Part shown: positions 27,434-32,000 of the stretch, one piece after another
Layout: each line of letters begins with the position of its first letter
Numbering within the stretch: position 1 is the first letter of the stretch
Assembly (NCBI GenBank): GCA_021735045.1
Contig: JAIPHU010000001.1
Coordinates: forward strand, 1-32,000
DNA from: Candidatus Omnitrophota bacterium
GTDB taxonomy: Bacteria; Omnitrophota; Gorgyraeia; Duberdicusellales; 4484-171
DNA length: 32,000 nt
Direction: 5' to 3'
Made by a program: the position numbers and the translations under genes
The notes under the pieces: model-generated
Seen by the model: only the letters and a program-made list of their open reading frames with translations
The model's database searches: none
Told to the model about the DNA's origin: nothing

Positions 27434-27572
27434 TAAGGCATTTTGCAGACGTCCTACTTTTAGCCATTTAGGTACACCCTATAAATCTGCAAAATCTGCA
27501 AGAAAAAAGAGATTAAAAGTTACTACCTTTGAGGTGGGAACTAAAGATTATGAAAATTTTTTCTTTTTTTTC

Positions 27573-27600
27573 TTGACAAAAGTCTCTTTTATAGTATTAT
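27573..27600 (+). promoter_or_regulatory. Near-consensus sigma70 promoter for the tRNA-Thr / rpmG / tRNA-Trp / secE-nusG cluster
   Basis: TTGACA (27573-78), a 16-nt spacer, then TATTAT (27595-27600), preceded by a T-rich UP-like tract at 27555-27571. Confidence 0.55.
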
Positions 27601-27679
27601 CGAAAGGTCAGTTCTTGCAATATAGATCTGTTTTTTAAAATTATTTATCTGCTTTTGGCGAAAAACATCCCGCTATCGC

Positions 27680-27751
27680 GCCTGGATAGCTCAGGGGTAG
27701 AGCGCGTCCTTGGTAAGGACGAGGCCATGGGTTCAACTCCCATTCCAGGCT
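27680..27751 (+). tRNA. tRNA-Thr (anticodon GGT)
   Basis: Manual cloverleaf: acceptor gcctgga/tccaggc, D arm gctc-aggggta-gagc, anticodon arm cgtcc-ttGGTaa-ggacg, variable loop aggcc, T arm atggg-ttcaact-cccat, discriminator t. CCA is not encoded. Confidence 0.9.
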
Positions 27752-27867
27752 TAGAAGAAGGCGGGATGGGAACTTGAGAAGTTAAAAGTAGGCCTAAAAA
27801 TTAGAAAGAACCAAAAAAATGACGGGGGGATTTTAGACCCTAAATTTTTGTATTTTCATAACTTATT

Positions 27868-28023
27868 ATGAGAGAATTAATTGCATTAAGATGTACAAGT
27901 TGTAAGCGTAAGAATTATTACACAACTAAGAACAAAAGGTTGCATCCTGAGAAGTTTTCTATAAAAAAATATTGTCCTTTTGAACGTAAACATATTCTTC
28001 ATAAAGAAGCAAAGCCTAAATAG
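27868..28023 (+). CDS. rpmG: 50S ribosomal protein L33 (51 aa; not in the supplied ORF track)
   Basis: Translates to [59 protein letters not shown] and HKEAK are L33 hallmarks. Canonical position upstream of secE. Confidence 0.9.
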   Translation: MRELIALRCTSCKRKNYYTTKNKRLHPEKFSIKKYCPFERKHILHKEAKPK

Positions 28024-28095
28024 GCGAGTAGCTCAATTGGCTAGAGCACCGGTCTCCAAAACCGGGGGTTGTAGGTTCAACTCCTACCTCGCCTG
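28022..28095 (+). tRNA. tRNA-Trp (anticodon CCA)
   Basis: Manual cloverleaf: acceptor aggcgag/ctcgcct, D arm gctc-aattggcta-gagc, anticodon arm ccggt-ctCCAaa-accgg, variable loop gggtt, T arm gtagg-ttcaact-cctac, discriminator g. CCA is not encoded. Confidence 0.9.
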
Positions 28096-28195
28096 TGTTA
28101 TATTTGGAGATAAAAATAAATGTTCTTTTTAAAATGACAGGTAGAGATAAAGTAGCTGTTGGAACAAAATAAAAGCAGTTTAGCTATACAGGAAG

Positions 28196-28315
28196 CTCCG
28201 GCTTCGCCGGAGATTTGTTACAACTCTCCCGACGTCCTGATTATTTTTGGAAAAATAATCAGAAGTCGGGATCCCGACCGAACACGGGGTGTGAGCGTCG
28301 GGACTACCTCGCCTG
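28196..28315 (+). other. GC-rich multi-hairpin segment of unknown function (leader, ncRNA or att scar), ending in a copy of the tRNA-Trp 3' end
   Basis: Hairpins at 28196-28212 (ctccggc/gccggag), 28228-28270 (cccgac + 12-bp ctgattattttt/aaaaataatcag + gtcggg) and 28273-28302 (cccgac/gtcggg). The 12-mer ctacctcgcctg at 28304-28315 repeats 28084-28095. Confidence 0.5.
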
Positions 28316-28328
28316 CGGTGATTAATTC

Positions 28329-28356
28329 GCATAGCGCTAAGCGCTTTGCGCTGTGC
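28329..28356. repeat. AGCGC-heptad palindromic element, copy 2 (inverted relative to copy 1)
   Basis: gcatagcgc taagcgcttt gcgctgtgc. Positions 28329-28352 are the exact reverse complement of 11912-11935. Confidence 0.8.
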
Positions 28357-28386
28357 AAAAACTAGTTATTGGATGTTTAATCTATT

Positions 28387-28581
28387 ATGATAAAAAAAAT
28401 TAAAGGTATCCCAAAGTTTTTTAAACAAGTACGAGAAGAGATGGAAAAGGTTCATTGGTCTTCTCGCCGTGAGATTATCTCGGCTAGCTTAATCGTAATA
28501 GTTGTAGCTGGGCTTTTAACTGTTTATATTTGGGGGGTTGATTTAGGTTTTTCTAAGTTAATTCAACTATTTTTAGGATAA
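28387..28581 (+). CDS. secE: Preprotein translocase subunit SecE
   Basis: 64 aa with a basic N-terminus (F.KQVREEM.KV.W), a single C-terminal TM segment, and a position directly upstream of nusG. Confidence 0.9.
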   Translation: MIKKIKGIPKFFKQVREEMEKVHWSSRREIISASLIVIVVAGLLTVYIWGVDLGFSKLIQLFLG

Positions 28582-28588
28582 TTTTAAA

Positions 28589-29116
28589 ATGCATAAATGG
28601 TATATTGTTCATACTTTAAGCGGTGCTGAAGAAAAAGCCAAGTGGAATCTAGAAGCAAAGATTAACTCTCATGACTATGGGAACTTAATTGATAAGATAG
28701 TCATACCGAAAGAACAGGTGACTGAAGTAAAGTTTGGAAAAAAGAAAGTGCTTGAGAGGAAGTTTTTTCCGGGTTATATCTTAGTTCATATGGAGATGAG
28801 CAAGGATAGTTGGCTTTTTGTAAAAAATACACCCGGGATTACAACTTTTATTGGCCCGCGGAAAAAACCTTCACCTATATCTGAAAAAGAGGTTGAACAG
28901 ATTTTAAGTAAGGCCAAAGAAAGTGAGGCAAAGCCTGCGCCGAAGGTTAATTTTGAAAAAGGGGAAAGTGTGCGGGTTGGAGAAGGGCCTTTTGTTAATT
29001 TTACTGGTGTAGTAGAAGAAGTTTATCCCACAAAAGGAAAACTAAAAGTAAGTGTTTCCATTTTTGGCAGAACTACTCCTGTTGAGTTAGAGTTTTGGCA
29101 GGTGGAAAAAATATAG
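28589..29116 (+). CDS. nusG: Transcription termination/antitermination factor NusG
   Basis: KWYIVHTLSGAEEKA NGN domain and a KOW motif, GESVRVGEGPFVNFTGVVEEV. Confidence 0.95.
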   Translation: MHKWYIVHTLSGAEEKAKWNLEAKINSHDYGNLIDKIVIPKEQVTEVKFGKKKVLERKFFPGYILVHMEMSKDSWLFVKNTPGITTFIGPRKKPSPISEKEVEQILSKAKESEAKPAPKVNFEKGESVRVGEGPFVNFTGVVEEVYPTKGKLKVSVSIFGRTTPVELEFWQVEKI

Positions 29117-29120
29117 ATGA

Positions 29121-29232
29121 AATCATCTACGAATGTAGATAATCATCACCGAATATACGAATGATATTACAAATTTTCCTACATTCGTAATTGATTCGTA
29201 GGTTCGATGATTATCTTTGTAAATTCGTTGAT
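29121..29232. repeat. Long imperfect palindrome built from ACGAAT/ATTCGT units (element E2), upstream of rplK
   Basis: tacgaatgtag (29128-38) pairs with ctacattcgta (29179-89). gataatcatc (29138-47) pairs with gatgattatc (29206-15). Left-arm direct repeat aatcatcNNcgaat at 29121-34 and 29141-54. Shares cgaatatacg (29150-59) and the ttcgttgat end with E1. Confidence 0.7.
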
Positions 29233-29249
29233 AAAAAAGAGGATGTAAC

Positions 29250-29693
29250 ATGGCTAAGAAGAAAAAGAAGAAACAACCTGTAGGACAAATTAAGTTACAG
29301 ATTCCGGCTGGAAGCGCTAATCCTGCACCTCCGGTTGGCCCGGCTTTAGGCCAGCATGGGGTAAATATTATGGAATTTTGTAAATCTTTTAACGAAGCAA
29401 CTAAACAAAAAGAAGGAATAGTGGTTCCGGTTGTAATTAGTGTATATAAAGACAGAAGTTTTGATTTTATAGTTAAAAGTCCGCCGGTTGCTTTTTTGCT
29501 TAAAAGAGCTGCTAATTTAGCAAAAGCTTCACCAGAAGCTGGTAAACAAATTATTGGTGAAGTTAAAAGATCAGCTGTTGAAGAGATTGCTAAAGAAAAA
29601 CTAACAGATCTAAACACAACTGATATAAAACAAGCAATGAAAATAATTGAAGGTACGGCTAGAAGCTGTGGAATCAAAGTTGTGGGAGGATAA
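29250..29693 (+). CDS. rplK: 50S ribosomal protein L11
   Basis: [32 protein letters not shown] signature. Confidence 0.96.
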   Translation: MAKKKKKKQPVGQIKLQIPAGSANPAPPVGPALGQHGVNIMEFCKSFNEATKQKEGIVVPVVISVYKDRSFDFIVKSPPVAFLLKRAANLAKASPEAGKQIIGEVKRSAVEEIAKEKLTDLNTTDIKQAMKIIEGTARSCGIKVVGG

Positions 29694-30374
29694 ATGAGCG
29701 CTGGTAAAACTTATAAAAAAAGATTAGAGTTGATCGATAAAGAAAAGGCTTATTCGGTGGAGGAAGCTGTAGATATTATAAAGTCTTACTCTGCTATAGG
29801 GTTTGATGAAACGATTGAAGCCAGCGGCAAGTTAGGGATTGATCCTAAGGATTCAGAACAGATAATAAGAGGCGCAGTTGTTTTACCTCACGGTACTGGC
29901 AAAGAAAGTAAAGTTTTGGTATTTTGTGGTTCCGATAAAGAAGCAGAAGCTAAAGAAGCCGGAGCCGATTACATTGGCAATGATCAGATAATAGAAAAAA
30001 TATCCAAAAAAGGCTGGGTTGATTTTGATTATTGTATTTCCACACCGGCTATGATGAAATCAGTCAGTAAATTAGGGAGATTTTTAGGACCGAGAGGCTT
30101 AATGCCTTCGACAAAGACAGGTACAGTTACTGAAAATGTCTCTCAAGCTGTAGAAGAAGCTAAAAAGGGTAAGGTTAACTTTCGAGCCGATAAGTTAGGC
30201 TGTATTCACGCTGGTTTAGGTAAACTATCATTTACAAAGGAAGATATTATCGATAATTTAAATACTTTTATTTCAGCAATAGGTGCGGCTCGGCCTCAAA
30301 GTTTAAAAGGACAACTTATAAAAACGTTTTATTTGTCAACTACTATGGGCCCGTCAATTAAGGTAAAACTATAA
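29694..30374 (+). CDS. rplA: 50S ribosomal protein L1
   Basis: FDETIE....LGIDP....QIIRG.VVLPHGTGK and RFLGPRGLMP motifs. Confidence 0.96.
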   Translation: MSAGKTYKKRLELIDKEKAYSVEEAVDIIKSYSAIGFDETIEASGKLGIDPKDSEQIIRGAVVLPHGTGKESKVLVFCGSDKEAEAKEAGADYIGNDQIIEKISKKGWVDFDYCISTPAMMKSVSKLGRFLGPRGLMPSTKTGTVTENVSQAVEEAKKGKVNFRADKLGCIHAGLGKLSFTKEDIIDNLNTFISAIGAARPQSLKGQLIKTFYLSTTMGPSIKVKL

Positions 30375-30381
30375 TATTATT

Positions 30382-31272
30382 ATGGAAGCAAAAACAATTG
30401 GTATAGCGATACGTGAAAATATTATTAAAAAAGTTCAAGAAAGGGTAAGCAGTTCGTCTGTCTATTTTTTTATTGGGTTTAACAAGGTTAAAGCTTCGGC
30501 TTTAAGCGATCTGAGAAATCAATTAAGAGTGGTGGATAGTTATGTTTTTGTGGCCAAAAACTCTTTAATCAATAAAGCTTTAGAAGATGCTGAATTAGAG
30601 AACTTAAAGGATTATTTTCAAGGAGAAACAGGAATAATCTCTGTATATAACGAAGATATTGTAAAACCATGTAAAGTAATTGTTGATTTTTCTAAAGAGA
30701 ATGAAAGCTTTGCTATAAAGGGTGGAATAATTGAAGGCAGAAAAATAACAAAAGAGGAGTTAGAGTCTCTAGCTAAACTACCAGGCCGGGAAGTTTTATT
30801 AGCCCAGGCTGTTTCTGGTTTAGCTGCGCCAATAACCGGTTTTGTTGCTTGTCTTAATCAAATAATTTTAAAGTTTGCTTGGGTTATAGAAGAGATTAAA
30901 AAAGTTCAAAGCCAAAAGTCCAAAGCCCAAAGTCAGGATAAGGATAAAGAAAAATCGCAAGAAGAAAAAGCTGCAACCACTGAAACAGGCAAGGATAAGG
31001 GAACAGAAAAAAAGGCAGAGAAGCAAGAAGGAAAGGATAAAGGTTCAAGGTTAAAGGGTAAAGAAAAAGAGGAAGAAGAAAAGGCTGAAGATAAGACTAA
31101 AGAGGAAAATAAAAAAGAAGAAGGAAAAAAAGAAGCCAAAGAAGAGGACAAAACTCGTGAGGAAAAAGTTGAAGAAAAATCTTCTGAGGAAAAGCCTAAA
31201 GAAGAACAAGAAGACAAAAAGGAAGATAAAAGTAAAGAATCTAAAGAAAACAAAGAAGAAAAAGAAAAGTAA
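30382..31272 (+). CDS. rplJ: 50S ribosomal protein L10 with a ~120-aa C-terminal K/E-rich extension
   Basis: Residues 1-~172 are L10-like, including the L12-binding C-terminal helix region LAQAVSGLAAPITGFVACLNQIILKF. Residues ~175-296 are low-complexity K/E/D/S. Confidence 0.9.
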   Translation: MEAKTIGIAIRENIIKKVQERVSSSSVYFFIGFNKVKASALSDLRNQLRVVDSYVFVAKNSLINKALEDAELENLKDYFQGETGIISVYNEDIVKPCKVIVDFSKENESFAIKGGIIEGRKITKEELESLAKLPGREVLLAQAVSGLAAPITGFVACLNQIILKFAWVIEEIKKVQSQKSKAQSQDKDKEKSQEEKAATTETGKDKGTEKKAEKQEGKDKGSRLKGKEKEEEEKAEDKTKEENKKEEGKKEAKEEDKTREEKVEEKSSEEKPKEEQEDKKEDKSKESKENKEEKEK

Positions 31273-31284
31273 GGAGGGTTTGAA

Positions 31285-31662
31285 ATGTCTAAAGTAGAAG
31301 ATGTTTTGAAAATGGTTGAAGAATTAACGGTGTTAGAGTTATCAGAGCTAGTAAAAGCTTGTGAAGAAAAGTTTGATGTAAAAGCAAGTGCTCCAGTAGC
31401 CGCAGCTGCTGCACCAGCAGCCGCAGGTGGCGGTGAAGCTGAAGAGGAACAAACAGAATTTACGGTTAATCTTACCGACGTTGGTTCTAATAAAATAGCT
31501 GTGATTAAAGAGATAAGAGCTATTACTGATCTTGGCCTTAAAGAGGCAAAAGGATTAGTAGATTCAGCACCGGCTGCTGTAAAAGAAGATCTTCCTAAGG
31601 AAGAAGCTGAAAGTATCAAGAAAAAACTTGAAGAAGCCGGAGCAAAAGTAGAACTGAAATAA
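31285..31662 (+). CDS. rplL: 50S ribosomal protein L7/L12
   Basis: N-terminal dimerisation helix, an Ala/Gly hinge ([11 protein letters not shown]), and C-terminal domain [24 protein letters not shown]. Confidence 0.96.
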   Translation: MSKVEDVLKMVEELTVLELSELVKACEEKFDVKASAPVAAAAAPAAAGGGEAEEEQTEFTVNLTDVGSNKIAVIKEIRAITDLGLKEAKGLVDSAPAAVKEDLPKEEAESIKKKLEEAGAKVELK

Positions 31663-31666
31663 TTTT

Positions 31667-31750
31667 TTGTTCAATGTTCGACGTGCGACGTTCAACGTTA
31701 TTTTTATAAAAAATATTAACGTAGAACATGGAACATTGAACGTAGAACAA
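31667..31750. repeat. 33-nt-arm inverted repeat with strict 7-nt internal periodicity (element E5) in the rplL-rpoB spacer
   Basis: Left arm has GTTC/GTGC/GTTA every 7 nt (31669, 76, 83, 90, 97). AT-rich 18-nt centre. Right arm is aacgtag aacatgg aacattg aacgtag aacaa, with AAC at 31718, 25, 32, 39 and 46. The arms are complementary at 24/33 positions plus 2 G-U pairs. Confidence 0.75.
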
Positions 31751-31772
31751 AAACCAATAAAAGAGGAGATCT

Positions 31773-32000
31773 ATGGTAAAGAAGAGTAAGAAAGTTTCTT
31801 TTGCGAAAATAACAAATAGCCCTCCCATGGCTAATCTTCTTAGTCATCAGTTGCGTTCTTATAAAGAATTTTTGCAAGTAAATGTTCTACCTGAAAAAAG
31901 AAAAAAGACTGGGTTACAGGAAATACTTCAAGAAGTTTTTCCAATGAAGAGCCCTGACAATCAATGCAGTTTAGAGTTTGTTTCTTATACCTTAGGTAGG
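31773..32000 (+). CDS. rpoB: DNA-directed RNA polymerase beta subunit, 5' partial (runs off the window)
   Basis: ATG at 31773, 4 nt after AGAGGAG (31762-68). Open to the window end. Translation is MVKKSKKVSFAKITNSPPMANLLSHQLRSYKEFLQ...GLQEILQEVFPM...LEFVSYTLG, typical of an RpoB N-terminus and of the position after rplL. Confidence 0.88.
   Translation, partial: MVKKSKKVSFAKITNSPPMANLLSHQLRSYKEFLQVNVLPEKRKKTGLQEILQEVFPMKSPDNQCSLEFVSYTLGR

Noticed and set aside
27440-27511. Hairpin attttgcaga/tctgcaaaat with a 36-nt loop and tandem aatctgcaa x2 after hemW, as a terminator
   Set aside because: The stem is only 10 bp and AT-rich, with a very large loop and no U-tract. It is a weak candidate and does not fit the heptad-palindrome class clearly.
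27402-27638. 78-aa ORF overlapping the hemW 3' end
   Set aside because: It starts inside hemW in another frame and reads through the hemW-distal hairpin and the TTGACA/TATTAT promoter. It has no RBS.
28185-28320. Known housekeeping ncRNA (SRP/4.5S, 6S, RNase P, tmRNA) in the GC-rich spacer
   Set aside because: I could not find the conserved cores I know: the SRP domain IV GGAA/AGCA loops, the RNase P GAGGAAAGUCC sequence, or the tmRNA tRNA-like ends. The segment is too short for RNase P or tmRNA. It remains unassigned rather than named.
28159-28365. 68-aa ORF in the tRNA-Trp-secE spacer
   Set aside because: It has a TTG start with no RBS and runs straight through the stacked GC-rich hairpins and the palindromic AGCGC element. 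The composition looks structural rather than coding, and the protein has no recognisable features.
29123-29677. 184-aa minus-strand ORF
   Set aside because: It is antisense to the highly conserved rplK and extends across the E2 palindrome, so it is a shadow ORF.
30900-31270. Purine-rich GAAGAA/AAAGAA repetitiveness as a DNA tandem repeat or CRISPR-like array
   Set aside because: There are no regular repeat-spacer units. The periodicity is codon-level (K/E codons) inside an intact reading frame. The same applies to 10660-10827.
30933-31619. 228-aa Ser/Ala-rich minus-strand ORF
   Set aside because: It is the reverse complement of the GAA/AAG-rich L10 tail and of rplL. Its low-complexity Ser/Phe/Leu content is the expected antisense artefact.
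31616-31828. 70-aa minus-strand ORF
   Set aside because: It spans the rplL-rpoB inverted repeat and the rpoB start in antisense, so it is not credible as coding.
1-32000. Defence, mobile or CRISPR content (Cas genes, restriction-modification, toxin-antitoxin, IS or integrase genes)
   Set aside because: Every ORF over 150 aa has a confident housekeeping, envelope or transport assignment except the small membrane protein at 23450-23917. No repeat-spacer array and no transposase or integrase motifs were seen.

Overview
AT-rich, gene-dense window, almost entirely plus-strand, from the core genome of a diderm (LPS-making) bacterium. The lineage cannot be named from sequence alone. The lpxC-fabZ fusion, lpxI, frequent TTG/GTG starts and KE-rich protein tails suggest an uncultured or candidate lineage, but that is inference. 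Gene order: (1) a tripartite RND efflux operon (OMF-MFP-RND) whose outer-membrane factor carries an extra N-terminal periplasmic-binding-protein-like domain, followed by a convergent K+ channel gene; (2) glmU-prs-rplY(ctc)-pth; (3) rpsF-ssb-rpsR-rplI-dnaB; (4) the envelope cluster bamA-skp-lpxD-lpxC/fabZ-lpxA-lpxI, then a TPR-SpoIID protein and a small membrane protein; (5) a minus-strand pair, an SPL-like radical SAM gene plus a GT2 glycosyltransferase; (6) hemW; (7) the classic cluster tRNA-Thr, rpmG (51 aa, absent from the ORF track), tRNA-Trp, secE, nusG, rplK, rplA, rplJ, rplL and the 5' end of rpoB. I found no CRISPR array, IS element, integrase, toxin-antitoxin pair or recognisable defence genes, so I cannot point to a novel protein-coding system. 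The unexplained signal is non-coding. Nearly every intergenic spacer over 80 nt is a local GC-rich island forming a long imperfect palindrome whose arms are built from about 4 short units repeated every 7-8 nt (ACGAAT, GTTCNAY, GANGGAC, AGCGCNN). Two of these elements are homologous to each other and sit in front of two different ribosomal-protein operons. Other points of note: a 56-nt promoter module occurs twice as direct repeats bracketing the efflux/K-channel block; a 12-nt copy of the tRNA-Trp 3' end lies 208 nt downstream of that tRNA, across a GC-rich multi-hairpin segment upstream of secE-nusG; and L10 carries a ~120-aa KE-rich tail. All coordinates, alignments and pairings were worked out by eye and need computational confirmation.
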